From an uncultured Candidatus Saccharibacteria bacterium (GTDB lineage Bacteria > Patescibacteriota > UBA1384 > XYA2-FULL-43-10 > 1-14-0-10-43-13): a stretch of 32,000 nt of DNA. This document shows, one piece after another, positions 18,641 through 27,994 of the stretch; the first letter of the stretch is position 1, and the number at the start of each line of letters is the position of its first letter. The position numbers and the translations under genes are program-made. Below the pieces are notes generated by a model. The model did not search any database, had not been told where the DNA came from, and saw only the letters and a program-made list of their open reading frames with translations. The stretch covers positions 360,001 through 392,000 of the forward strand of contig CAZIYE010000001.1 in NCBI GenBank assembly GCA_964543385.1, read 5' to 3'.

Positions 18641-19837
18641 ATGAATATATTATTTATTTCCCCTAGTTCTCCGCGAGAAAGCATTGGCGGAGTTGAGCGA
18701 TATATCAATAATCTAATTGATTATTGCAAAAACCAACCAGAAATTAATACCAACATTCTCCTGCCGACATATGGTAAAGAATATGTTGAGGGAGATAATA
18801 ATGTCACTCTGTACTTTAATAATGATATTGCACTCGCCCCTAACATATCATCAGTGGAGGTTTCTGGTAAAGCTCGCTCTTTTGCAAATGCCGTTGAGAA
18901 GATCATCTTAGATAAGAAAGTTGATATTATTTGCGCTGAGAATTTCCAAATCGGTCTTTCGCCAGCGTATAGCATCTTGCTCAATATGATCTCCGAGATT
19001 CATAAGATACCTTTAGTTCTAAGGCTTCACTCCTTTGCAACCACCGATTTACAAAGAGAGCTTATCAACCAATTAATGTGGCAAAGGATTAGTTGTGTCA
19101 GCATCAGCGTTGCCGGAGACTGTTTTACTAAAGGTGCCGATATTCATACCCTCTCCACCGAATATCTTGGCGTGAACACAAAAGATTTTAATGACAAAAA
19201 ACAAGTCAGGAAAATTAAGGATGAATTATCGCTAAATAACAAAAACAAGATTATATTAACAGCATGCCGAATTATTGATGAAAAAAATAATATACTGGCA
19301 GAAAAAGGAGTCATAAATCTTATTGAATCATTTTCAAAGATTTTACCTCGATATCCCGATCTCAAATTGTTAATTGCCGTTGGTAAACCACCCGAAAGCC
19401 TGAAGAATGAATTCAACGTTGCTCTAGAAATGTTAGCGGGGTATATACAGATTCACAACGTATCAGAGCAAACCATCATTAAAATATTCAGTTTAGAAGA
19501 AATGCCCGATGTTTACCGCGGCTCAGATATATTTGTCTTGGCATCAGAAAACGAGACTTTCGGCCAAGTTTTTATAGAATCTATGGCGTGCGGCCTACCT
19601 GTCATCGGCACAAAAGTCGGTGGAATTCCAGAGATTATAAGCGATTCCTATAATGGTTATTTGGTTCCACCAGGAGATGCTAGCATATTGGCACAGAAGA
19701 TAGAAGCAATGCTCAATAATCACTCAATAAGAGAAAGCTTTATAAAAGCTGGCAAGAAAACTATCCAAGAAAAATTTACCCTCGAAAAACAGTTTGGGAG
19801 TTTTATAGAAATGCTAAAGGGAATGATTCAAAAATAG
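18641..19837 (+). CDS. GT4-family glycosyltransferase
   Basis: 398 aa; PRESIGGVERYINNLI, C-terminal PVIGTKVGGIPEII and ENETFGQVFIESMACG. Confidence 0.9.
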   Translation: MNILFISPSSPRESIGGVERYINNLIDYCKNQPEINTNILLPTYGKEYVEGDNNVTLYFNNDIALAPNISSVEVSGKARSFANAVEKIILDKKVDIICAENFQIGLSPAYSILLNMISEIHKIPLVLRLHSFATTDLQRELINQLMWQRISCVSISVAGDCFTKGADIHTLSTEYLGVNTKDFNDKKQVRKIKDELSLNNKNKIILTACRIIDEKNNILAEKGVINLIESFSKILPRYPDLKLLIAVGKPPESLKNEFNVALEMLAGYIQIHNVSEQTIIKIFSLEEMPDVYRGSDIFVLASENETFGQVFIESMACGLPVIGTKVGGIPEIISDSYNGYLVPPGDASILAQKIEAMLNNHSIRESFIKAGKKTIQEKFTLEKQFGSFIEMLKGMIQK

Positions 19838-19863
19838 TTAACAGAAAATTGTACTATATACAT

Positions 19864-19895
19864 AAAAAAAGATCGATAATAATCGATCTTTTTTT
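19864..19895. terminator. Bidirectional terminator
   Basis: AAAAAAAGATCGAT-AATA-ATCGATCTTTTTTT. Confidence 0.85.
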
Positions 19896-19896
19896 A

Positions 19897-19982
19897 TGGT
19901 ACCCGAGGCCGGACTCGAACCGGCACGCTGTTTAGAGCAAAGGATTTTAAGTCCTTCGTGTCTACCATTCCACCACTCGGGC
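19897..19982 (-). tRNA. tRNA-Leu(TAA)
   Basis: Anticodon loop CTTAAAA; GCCCGAG/CTCGGGT acceptor stem; class II variable arm; encoded CCA. Confidence 0.95.
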
Positions 19983-19989
19983 ATATCAG

Positions 19990-20949
19990 TTACACAACTC
20001 GCCAACCGTTTCCATCAATCTCTAGCTTCCCTTCGATTGTAAAGCCAGAGGCTTTTTTATGACCACCACCACCTAGCAATTTTGCTAATTGAGCAAGATC
20101 AATATTATCACAATCAGTGCGTAAACTGCCTTTGATTTTAGCATCTTTGGTCTCATAAAGCAACAAAGCGGCCTTCGATTCTGGTGCAGAGTTTAGAAGG
20201 TTTACAAGCCCAGATACGTCATCATCGTTAGCACCACAATCCTGTAAATCACTTTGGGTAACTACTGAAATTGATATACCTAAATCCTTGTTTAATATCA
20301 TCCTATTTAAAGCAATCCCCCAAAGTTTAAAAACGGAAACAGGTTTATGGATAGAGATATTTTCCGAAATTTTTTGTAGTTTGGCTCCTCTTTTGAGTAA
20401 GTCAGCCGCAATACCTAAGACAGTTTCCGTTGTATTTGAATGACGAAAACCACCAGTATCGTAAAAAATCCCTGTCAAAAGAGCCGTGGCCGCTGATGGA
20501 GTAATCTCGTGGTTTAGGCCAACTAGAATATTGTAGATTAACTCTGATGTGGAAGAGACATCCTCATTGGAATAATTTACATCTGCGATCTTCCAAAGAT
20601 CATTTTTGGGATGATGGTCGATATTTATTACCGGGACGCCATTTCCCATAGCTAATGTTATCTCCTCGACAAAACCTGTCCTTCGGAAATCACCATTGTC
20701 CAGGAGAATAATCGCCTCAAATTCTTTTCGAGGAAAAGTATTTTCTATAAGAAGAGAATCGTTTAAATAATGTAGAATCGCTGGGGCTGCATCCCTGCAG
20801 ACGAGATGAACATCCTTCTTTTTCGTCTTTAGTACCTCAGCAAGACTAAGCATAGAACCGATAGCATCGCCGTCTGGCTCAATATGGCAAACCAAAAGAA
20901 AGCTTGCTTTGTCCTCCAACAGTTTCTTTAGTTTATTGAAAGAGCCCAT
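19990..20949 (-). CDS. DHH/DHHA1 phosphoesterase (NrnA/RecJ-like)
   Basis: 319 aa; CHIEPDGDAIGS, IILLDNGD, INIDHHPKN, GGGGHKKASG. Confidence 0.93.
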   Translation of the reverse strand: MGSFNKLKKLLEDKASFLLVCHIEPDGDAIGSMLSLAEVLKTKKKDVHLVCRDAAPAILHYLNDSLLIENTFPRKEFEAIILLDNGDFRRTGFVEEITLAMGNGVPVINIDHHPKNDLWKIADVNYSNEDVSSTSELIYNILVGLNHEITPSAATALLTGIFYDTGGFRHSNTTETVLGIAADLLKRGAKLQKISENISIHKPVSVFKLWGIALNRMILNKDLGISISVVTQSDLQDCGANDDDVSGLVNLLNSAPESKAALLLYETKDAKIKGSLRTDCDNIDLAQLAKLLGGGGHKKASGFTIEGKLEIDGNGWRVV

Positions 20950-21010
20950 TTAAGAAAATCCCGGGTTTAGAAGATGAAAAAACCGAATAATTATATGTCT
21001 TTTCTGGTCA

Positions 21011-21499
21011 CTATTGGTTTTTCAGAATGATGATCTGTCTTTCTTCTTCTGGTAGATCTGATTTCCTAATCTTTAAAATATCAATCTCATTATCTGTTAT
21101 TCCCTCGCTCTTCTTAAACTCAGCGATATCACTATAAAGCATCGGGATAACGACTCGAGGATCTATTTTTGAAACCAATTTTAGAGCTACCTTCAAGTCG
21201 ATAGTGTCCATTTCTCCAAGTGGAAGAAATAGAATATCAACATCCCCTATCTGTTTGATTTCTTCTTCTGAAAGTTCATGTTTAATGTGACCAAGATGAC
21301 ACAAATTCACCTCCTCAACTCTAGCCACATAGATGGTATTATCTTGATCAGCAATACCGTTTAAGATAACACCACCCTTCTCATATTCTCCAGGTCCTGG
21401 AAAAGTGAAATTATTTATGGTGACTTTATCAGCCAATATGACATCGAGATCTTTTGATTTTATCTCAAAATAATCTTTGCCCTTATATTTGATCTGCAT
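21011..21499 (-). CDS. Metallo-beta-lactamase-fold hydrolase-like protein
   Basis: GPGEYEKGGVIL, NLCHLGHIKHELSEEEI, DILFLPLG; start refined to MQIKYKG at 21499. Confidence 0.75.
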   Translation of the reverse strand: MQIKYKGKDYFEIKSKDLDVILADKVTINNFTFPGPGEYEKGGVILNGIADQDNTIYVARVEEVNLCHLGHIKHELSEEEIKQIGDVDILFLPLGEMDTIDLKVALKLVSKIDPRVVIPMLYSDIAEFKKSEGITDNEIDILKIRKSDLPEEERQIIILKNQ

Positions 21500-21585
21500 A
21501 TTTCCTCCGCACAATTTAATTTCTTTAGCCAGCTTGTTTTGCCCTGTACGCCCTTAGTTCAATGGAACAAAACAATATAGAATAA

Positions 21586-22851
21586 TTATTCTGTGATCTC
21601 TTCAACCTTTTTTGTCTTTTTGACTTTTTTTCCGTCTAGGCTCGCCTTAGCCGAGACTGACGGTTTCTCTACGGCAATTGCTTCGGTTTTCTCTTCAACA
21701 ACTTCAGCCTCTTCTTTTGCTTTTGTCTTGGTCTTTTCAGTTTTTCCATCAACTTTCATCGATAGACCAAGTCTATGATTTTCAGCCTCTATAGAAATAA
21801 TTTGGAATTTATATTTCTTTCCGAGTTCAACAATTTGTCCTGGATCAACGATTCTGTCTGAGGACAATTCTGAGATATGGACCAAGCCATCGATATCCTC
21901 ATCTAGGGATACAAAGGCGCCAAATGGTGTAATCTTAGTTACTTCACCTTCGACAACATCGCTAACTTTGTATTTAGAAGCTGCCTTGACCCAAGGATCT
22001 GGTAAAAGTCTTTTTACTGAAAGCGAAACACGACCATCATCAACTGAAATTATCATTGTTTCGACTTCATCACCAACTTTGAAAAGCTTGTGTAGATCAT
22101 TTACTCTTGTCCATGAAATCTCAGAAATATGTGCTAAAGCTTCAATTTCTGGATCGATTGAGACAAATAGACCAAAATCTACTATGCCGGTAATCTTACC
22201 TTTGACCCTGTCGCCAACTTTGAATTTATCAATCTTTGTCTTGACTTCCTGAGCCTTAACAGCTTTTTCAGAGAAGATGAGTTTGTTAGTATCTTTTTCA
22301 CAATTTATAACTTTTACTGCAATTTCCTGACCAATAAATCTTCGTAATCTGTTTAAAATTTCATCTTTATCACCGCCAGAAACACGTGGATAGTGAGCTG
22401 GAGCTAACTGCGAAACAGGCAAGAATCCGAGGATTCCTCCGACATCAGCAATCAAGCCGCCCTTATTTGCATCAGTAACTTTGATAGAAACAGGTTCGCC
22501 AGTTTTATAACCATTCTCCATTTCAAGCCAGAATTTTTCTCTGTCAGCACGTTTCATCGAGAGAACGACGTTACCGTCCTCGTCCTCCATAGCAACGACT
22601 GTTGCCATGATTTGGTCACCCTTCTTTAAGCCAGTTTTCGAAGTAATTTCTTTTTCTGGAATAAAACCAAGGGACTGTCCGGCTACATCAACCCAGATTC
22701 TGTTACCACTGACGGCTAGAATTGTTGCGTCAATCATTTCTCCTTCAGCAAAAGGCAACAGTCTATCACCTAATTCATCAATAAGCTGCTCCATGGATTC
22801 TGCTGCTGGGGCATTTTTCTTTTCTTCTACAATCTCTTTCTCTTCTGTCAT
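21586..22851 (-). CDS. rpsA: 30S ribosomal protein S1
   Basis: 421 aa; four S1 repeats (e.g. GDRVKGKITGIVDFGLFVSIDPEIEALAHISEISW), Lys/Glu-rich tail. Confidence 0.93.
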   Translation of the reverse strand: MTEEKEIVEEKKNAPAAESMEQLIDELGDRLLPFAEGEMIDATILAVSGNRIWVDVAGQSLGFIPEKEITSKTGLKKGDQIMATVVAMEDEDGNVVLSMKRADREKFWLEMENGYKTGEPVSIKVTDANKGGLIADVGGILGFLPVSQLAPAHYPRVSGGDKDEILNRLRRFIGQEIAVKVINCEKDTNKLIFSEKAVKAQEVKTKIDKFKVGDRVKGKITGIVDFGLFVSIDPEIEALAHISEISWTRVNDLHKLFKVGDEVETMIISVDDGRVSLSVKRLLPDPWVKAASKYKVSDVVEGEVTKITPFGAFVSLDEDIDGLVHISELSSDRIVDPGQIVELGKKYKFQIISIEAENHRLGLSMKVDGKTEKTKTKAKEEAEVVEEKTEAIAVEKPSVSAKASLDGKKVKKTKKVEEITE

Positions 22852-22871
22852 TTTACATTTTCCTTTCTAAT

Positions 22872-22968
22872 CCTCTGATCTCGTCTGAGATAGAGGGGGG
22901 TCATCCAGTTCTGCTGGATGTTTACCCTGTGAAATGTCGCCAATCGCCTTGGCCAATATTTCACAGGG
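22872..22968 (-). promoter_or_regulatory. Three-hairpin 5' leader of rpsA
   Basis: Hairpin I 22925-22968, hairpin II 22902-22920, hairpin III 22872-22896, immediately before the AGAAAGGA Shine-Dalgarno. Confidence 0.6.
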
Positions 22969-22992
22969 CGAACTATTGTTAATTAATAAATA

Positions 22993-23400
22993 TTATCTTT
23001 TCTTTTTTGCCTTTGATTTCGGTAAATATTTGTCAAATCTCGAGTTAGTCTCTTGCTCCTTCTGATAAACCGGTAAAAGCCTTGTTGTATTCATTGCAAG
23101 TGTAATAAGCCATGCAATAAATGTTGTTATAACCAAAATCAGAAAAAATCTTGATGCAAGCCATGGCAATTGTTCATATCTTGCCCCCAGATGCACCATT
23201 CCCAGAAACCCAGTTAATATAGAAGGCGTTATGTACCCCTTCCATATCTTTACATGATCTTTTCTGATGAATATCCAAAGTGTGATTCCTATCAAAATAA
23301 GCAAACAAAAGGAAATCATCAGAGGAATATAAAAATCAGATTGAACCGGTGGTACGGAGCTGAAGATAAATTCTTTTGTTAAAAACTGTGTTGTGTTCAT
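22993..23400 (-). CDS. Hypothetical membrane protein (3 predicted TM segments)
   Basis: 135 aa; three hydrophobic segments, basic tail PKSKAKKKR. Confidence 0.65.
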   Translation of the reverse strand: MNTTQFLTKEFIFSSVPPVQSDFYIPLMISFCLLILIGITLWIFIRKDHVKIWKGYITPSILTGFLGMVHLGARYEQLPWLASRFFLILVITTFIAWLITLAMNTTRLLPVYQKEQETNSRFDKYLPKSKAKKKR

Positions 23401-23413
23401 AATTTACTTTCTT

Positions 23414-23500
23414 TGGTGGGCAGAACAGGACTTGAACCTGCACGGGATTGCTCCCACTACCACCTCAAGGTAGCGTGTATACCAATTTCACCACCTGCCC
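23414..23500 (-). tRNA. tRNA-Leu(GAG)
   Basis: Anticodon arm CTACC-TTGAGGT-GGTAG; class II variable arm; encoded CCA. Confidence 0.95.
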
Positions 23501-23508
23501 CTATTTTA

Positions 23509-23585
23509 TGGTGCGCGCTGAGGGACTTGAACCCCCGACATCCTCGGTGTAAACGAGGCGCTCTAGCCAACTGAGCTAAGCGCGC
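23509..23585 (-). tRNA. tRNA-Val(TAC)
   Basis: Anticodon arm CCTCG-TTTACAC-CGAGG; acceptor GCGCGCT/AGCGCGC; encoded CCA. Confidence 0.95.
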
Positions 23586-23592
23586 ATGATAC

Positions 23593-23613
23593 AAAAAAAC
23601 GGGCACCAACCCG
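23593..23613 (-). terminator. Short candidate terminator after tRNA-Leu(CAG)
   Basis: Minus strand CGGG-TTGGTG-CCCG-TTTTTTT. Confidence 0.55.
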
Positions 23614-23711
23614 AATAATACTCTTTAACAATATTCAAGATGGTTTAATAATTTAAGTAACTAATACAGACTATAACAAATATCTCTCAAAATGTCAAAA
23701 CAGAAAAACGT

Positions 23712-23796
23712 TGGTGCCGAAGGCGGGATTTGAACCCGCAATCCGTGAGGAACACGGTTCTGAACCGTGCGCGTATGCCAATTCCGCCACTCCGGC
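23712..23796 (-). tRNA. tRNA-Leu(CAG)
   Basis: Anticodon arm CACGG-TTCAGAA-CCGTG; class II; encoded CCA. Confidence 0.95.
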
Positions 23797-23824
23797 ATTT
23801 TCCGATTCCCTTCCCCTTTTCACT

Positions 23825-25336
23825 TTATCTTTTTACCCTTTTTTCCTTTATATACCATTTCGAGATATTGTCATACCTGGAATAAGGTTGTGCACCTAAA
23901 ACAGTGCCAATGCCTTTGATATTATCCTTGGCCCCAAAATTATAACTTATTGGGTCATAAAGTTGTATCAAATATTCTTTAGTAACCAGATCAAAGAATT
24001 CATCATATTTTTTATTCCTAGCCGCAACATCAGTTACCATTCTTGCATCCTCTAATAGAATATCAGAATTCTTATCAGACCAGCCTGCAAAGTTTTGGTC
24101 ATTTAGCTGACTAGAATGCCAAAAAGGATACGGATCACGATCATAAGCGAAATCAAATCCATAGAGCAGTAAATCATAGTTCTTGGCTGCTAAAATATCC
24201 TGAAGCTTAACAGCACTGAAATAGAAAACTTCTAGTTGAATATTTTGGCTCACAAAATTTTTCTTTATTTCCTCTGCTTTATCGCGCTGAAGCGGAGAGT
24301 CAAGAGTTGTGAGACCAATACTGATGGCTGTATCAAATTTTTGACCTTCAAGTATTTTCTGGCGTACAGCTTTATCTTTTAATTTATCGCTTCTTGAATT
24401 AAAAATTAAACCCAACCTACGCGACGATCTAAAATCATATTTATTTCCGATTGATGATGCCTCCCCGAAAAGACCATCTATCTTGTCATCATCTGTGAAG
24501 GCATTTTCAGCATTGCCCCTTTGGGGATAAATCTTTATACGTAAATCTTCGATAAATACCTTGCTACCAAAATAATTATTGTTGCGTTTCAATCTTATTT
24601 CTGTAATCTTGTCAGCTTTCTTCAATACTTTAACGAATTCAAAAGCCCCTGAACCAACTGGCTTTCTGGAAAAATCACTGCTCGATACAGCAGCTGGGAG
24701 TATGCCAAAGTTACAGTTATATATAAATGGTCCGTAAGCACTCGGTAACTCCATTAGAATAGTATACTGATCTATCACGCTGATCTGAGTATCCACCCAT
24801 CTTTTATTCAATGGACTTTTCAATTCTGAGGCCTTAATAGAATCGATAGTATAAGCAACATCTTGAGCAGTGAATTGTAAATCATTAACAAATTTTACAT
24901 CCTGCCTTAGATAAAAAGTATATTTTTTACCATCAGGAGAAATCTCATATCTTTCGGCAAGTTCCGGCATGATATTGCCATCAGCAGATATTCGTATAAG
25001 ACTAGAAAACATTAGGCTAGAAAGACTTTTCTCAGCATCAGTTTGAGCCAATATCGGATTTAAATATTTTATTTCTCCCAATACTGCCTCAGTGTACTGC
25101 CCCCCAACCGCTGGCTCTATGACAGTCCAACCTAAATACGATCTGTAAAACTTGAACCCCAAGAGGGATATAGAAACAAAAAGGAGCGTAAACATTAAAT
25201 ATCGCTCCTTTTTTGCCATCAAACCATAGCTCGTACTAATATTTTTCAATATACTGAATAAAAGTGAAAAAGGTTTCTTTAGAAACCCAAAAAAATTACT
25301 ATCCCTCCAAGAGGAAATTTTAAATTTATACTTCAT
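23825..25336 (-). CDS. ABC transporter family-5 substrate-binding protein, membrane-anchored
   Basis: 503 aa; N-terminal TM; LSSLMFSSLIRISADGNIMPELAERYEISPDGKKYTFYLRQDVKFVNDLQFTAQDVAYTIDSI. Confidence 0.88.
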   Translation of the reverse strand: MKYKFKISSWRDSNFFGFLKKPFSLLFSILKNISTSYGLMAKKERYLMFTLLFVSISLLGFKFYRSYLGWTVIEPAVGGQYTEAVLGEIKYLNPILAQTDAEKSLSSLMFSSLIRISADGNIMPELAERYEISPDGKKYTFYLRQDVKFVNDLQFTAQDVAYTIDSIKASELKSPLNKRWVDTQISVIDQYTILMELPSAYGPFIYNCNFGILPAAVSSSDFSRKPVGSGAFEFVKVLKKADKITEIRLKRNNNYFGSKVFIEDLRIKIYPQRGNAENAFTDDDKIDGLFGEASSIGNKYDFRSSRRLGLIFNSRSDKLKDKAVRQKILEGQKFDTAISIGLTTLDSPLQRDKAEEIKKNFVSQNIQLEVFYFSAVKLQDILAAKNYDLLLYGFDFAYDRDPYPFWHSSQLNDQNFAGWSDKNSDILLEDARMVTDVAARNKKYDEFFDLVTKEYLIQLYDPISYNFGAKDNIKGIGTVLGAQPYSRYDNISKWYIKEKRVKR

Positions 25337-25339
25337 AAT

Positions 25340-25558
25340 TTAAGCAAAGAATACAGAGAAGAGGGCAATGGTACAGAACAAAACAGCAACTACTATAGTA
25401 GCGTAAAATAAGAACTTTTCGACCCCGCGACGTGAACGGTAGACATTTCCCTCTCCTCCAAAAGCCATACCTAAACCCGAACCGCGTTGTTGCAGCAATA
25501 CTAAAACGATTAGCAATACTGCAAAAATAATTTGTAAAATTTTAAATGTGTCAATCAT
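25340..25558 (-). CDS. secG: Preprotein translocase subunit SecG
   Basis: 72 aa; MIDTFKILQIIFAVLLIVLVLLQQRGSGLGMAFGG; start trimmed from ORF start 25726 because the upstream part overlaps tRNA-Gly. Confidence 0.88.
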   Translation of the reverse strand: MIDTFKILQIIFAVLLIVLVLLQQRGSGLGMAFGGEGNVYRSRRGVEKFLFYATIVVAVLFCTIALFSVFFA

Positions 25559-25565
25559 AATTTTT

Positions 25566-25640
25566 TGGAGCGGGTAACGGGAGTCGAACCCGTATTTCGT
25601 CCTTGGCAAGGACGCATAATAGCCGCTATACGATACCCGC
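25566..25640 (-). tRNA. tRNA-Gly(GCC)
   Basis: Anticodon arm CGTCC-TTGCCAA-GGACG; acceptor GCGGGTA/TACCCGC; encoded CCA. Confidence 0.95.
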
Positions 25641-25731
25641 AAATATTTAACTTTACAATGACCAATTCTAAAACAATTTCTCAAGAAATTCAATCCTTGA
25701 AGAAAAATGAACCTAACAATAACCAATTTCT

Positions 25732-25805
25732 TGGAGGCCTGGTCGGGAATCGGACCCGACTACGCGGTTTTGCAGACCGCTGCCTAACCTCTCGGCCACC
25801 AGGCC
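25732..25805 (-). tRNA. tRNA-Cys(GCA)
   Basis: Anticodon arm GCGGT-CTGCAAA-ACCGC; encoded CCA. Confidence 0.95.
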
Positions 25806-25886
25806 AAAAACTTCAAGCTTCGTTTAAGTTCAAGGCAAACCTTTAATAGAAATGGCCTGCCATGAATCCAGCTTCGCTGTGGTTCA

Positions 25887-25961
<75 letters not shown>

Positions 25962-26098
25962 GTAAACACAACATATTTAATATAAAACTTCAAATATAGT
26001 AGCATAGATTCACTATCCAGTAAAGACTGTTACGAATAGCATTGCGAAATTACTAATAATAAAGTAATTTATAAATTACTAAGAGAATAAGGAGATTT

Positions 26099-26431
26099 AT
26101 GTCGAAGAAAAAGAACAAAAAGTTTAAGAAATCATCTACAGCCAGTCAGCCAAGCATATCGATGCCAAGAGAAAGCACTCCCGAAAAACAACCTTCCACT
26201 TTGCAAGCGCATACCCAGATCTCCAATACTACCCTAAAAAACAATGATCCTTATGCAATTAGCATATTAAATGAGAAATATTTGCACGTCCGCAAAGATG
26301 TTAATAAACTTCTGATTGTTCTATTGATATTGGCTATCGTTCTGATGGGAATCTACTTTATTGGTTTAAAAACAAATATTCTCACAGTTGTTGGTGATTG
26401 GCTCTACAAGATCGGCAACTTCGCAATCTAG
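26099..26431 (+). CDS. Hypothetical single-TM protein
   Basis: 110 aa; basic/Ser-rich N-terminus, one TM (LLIVLLILAIVLMGIYFIG). Confidence 0.6.
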   Translation: MSKKKNKKFKKSSTASQPSISMPRESTPEKQPSTLQAHTQISNTTLKNNDPYAISILNEKYLHVRKDVNKLLIVLLILAIVLMGIYFIGLKTNILTVVGDWLYKIGNFAI

Positions 26432-26437
26432 ACCCTA

Positions 26438-27976
26438 TTAATAAGTTTTTTCCTTTGGCCTATATTGCAATGCCTCTGCAATATGGCTAGTTTTAATCGT
26501 ATCCGCACCCTCTAGGTCAGCTATAGTTCGAGCTAATTTTAACAGCCTGTGATAAACTCTGGCCGATAATTTCATCGATTCAACTGCTTGAGCGATTAAT
26601 TTTTTAGCATCTTCCTCGAGTCGACAAAATCCTTTTATTTCCTTTGAGCTCATCTCTGAATTTGATTTCATTTTAAGACAGCTGAATCTAGCAATCTGTC
26701 TTTTTCTAGCTTCTTCGACTCTTGCTTTTACTTTGTCCGATTCCTCAGCAAAACAATCCTCCGACAGCTTCTCATATTTAACTCTAGGAACTTCAATATG
26801 AATATCTATTCTGTCTAGTATGGGCCCTGATATTTTTTTCTGATAACGGATAATTTGAGTGGGCGTGCAAATACACCGTTTTTCTGGATCGGACATATAG
26901 CCACAGGGACAAGGATTCTGAGCAGCTACCAAAAGAAACTCAGCTGGAAAAGTAACACTGCCGGTCGCCCTAGATACCGTGACAATACCATCTTCCAAAG
27001 GCTGGCGAAGTGCTTCCAGAACATCCCTTTGAAACTCCGGAAATTCATCTAGAAACAGTATACCTCGATGGGAGAGTGATATCTCGCCAGGCCTAGGCCA
27101 AGACCCTCCTCCTACTATTGCAACACTCGAAGTTGTATGATGCGGAGAACGAAAAGGTCTGACCAGCGACGGCGCTTTACCGCGATTTAAAAGGCCAGCA
27201 ACCGAGTATATCTTCATAACATCAAGAATTTCTTCTTCATCCATTGATGGTAAAATTGAAGGCATACTTCTAGCCAGGAGAGTCTTGCCCGACCCTGGGG
27301 GACCTGAAAGCAGAATATTGTGACCTCCAGCTGCCGCAATTTCTAACGCTCTTTTTGCCTGTTCTTGTCCGGCGATATATTTAAAATCAAATTCGCTGTT
27401 TCTCCCCCCTTGCACTTTCCCCTCTCTACTTTCTGCCTTATAAGCCATAATAATCTCTTCGCCCCTCAAATGCCTAACCAACTGTTTAAGGGATTTAACT
27501 GGTATTATCTCTATCCCTCTTACCAGCGCCGCCTCAGCTACATTCACTTCAGGCAAGAAAATACGTTTTAGACCCTTTTCGGCTGCAAACATCGCTACCG
27601 GCAACACCCCATTTACGTGACGAAGCTTTCCATCTAGAGAAAGTTCCCCCAAAAATACTGATTCTTTATACTCGGTGATCATTTCTATCTGTTCATCTGC
27701 CAATAAAATTCCTACTGCCATCGGCAAATCAAATGAAGGTCCCTCTTTTTTGACATCAGCTGGGGCCAAATTTATAGTCAGACGATGTTGAGGAAAAAAT
27801 ATCCCCGAATTCTTAATAGCAGCTCTGGTTCTCTCCTTGCTTTCATCAATTGATTTATCGGGCAATCCGACTATGGTAAAAGATGGCAACCCTGCCCCTA
27901 TATCTACTTCTACCTCAACCAAATAAGAGTCCAGCCCCACAGTGGCAGCACTAAAAATTTTGGCGATTTTGTCCAA
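26438..27976 (-). CDS. comM: YifB/ComM-family Mg-chelatase-like AAA+ ATPase
   Basis: 512 aa; VGLPDKSIDESKERTRAAIKNSG, LSGPPGSGKTLLARSMPSILP, FRSPHHTTSSVAIVGGG, QNPCPCGY. Confidence 0.96.
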   Translation of the reverse strand: MDKIAKIFSAATVGLDSYLVEVEVDIGAGLPSFTIVGLPDKSIDESKERTRAAIKNSGIFFPQHRLTINLAPADVKKEGPSFDLPMAVGILLADEQIEMITEYKESVFLGELSLDGKLRHVNGVLPVAMFAAEKGLKRIFLPEVNVAEAALVRGIEIIPVKSLKQLVRHLRGEEIIMAYKAESREGKVQGGRNSEFDFKYIAGQEQAKRALEIAAAGGHNILLSGPPGSGKTLLARSMPSILPSMDEEEILDVMKIYSVAGLLNRGKAPSLVRPFRSPHHTTSSVAIVGGGSWPRPGEISLSHRGILFLDEFPEFQRDVLEALRQPLEDGIVTVSRATGSVTFPAEFLLVAAQNPCPCGYMSDPEKRCICTPTQIIRYQKKISGPILDRIDIHIEVPRVKYEKLSEDCFAEESDKVKARVEEARKRQIARFSCLKMKSNSEMSSKEIKGFCRLEEDAKKLIAQAVESMKLSARVYHRLLKLARTIADLEGADTIKTSHIAEALQYRPKEKTY

Positions 27977-27994
27977 GAAACCCCCTCCGCTTAT

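Noticed and set aside
22925-22968. rpsA leader hairpin I as a rho-independent terminator of the upstream gene.
   Set aside because: No T-tract follows on either strand.
25559-25726. N-terminal extension of the secG ORF to 25726.
   Set aside because: It overlaps tRNA-Gly, and SecG homology begins at MIDTFKILQ (25558).
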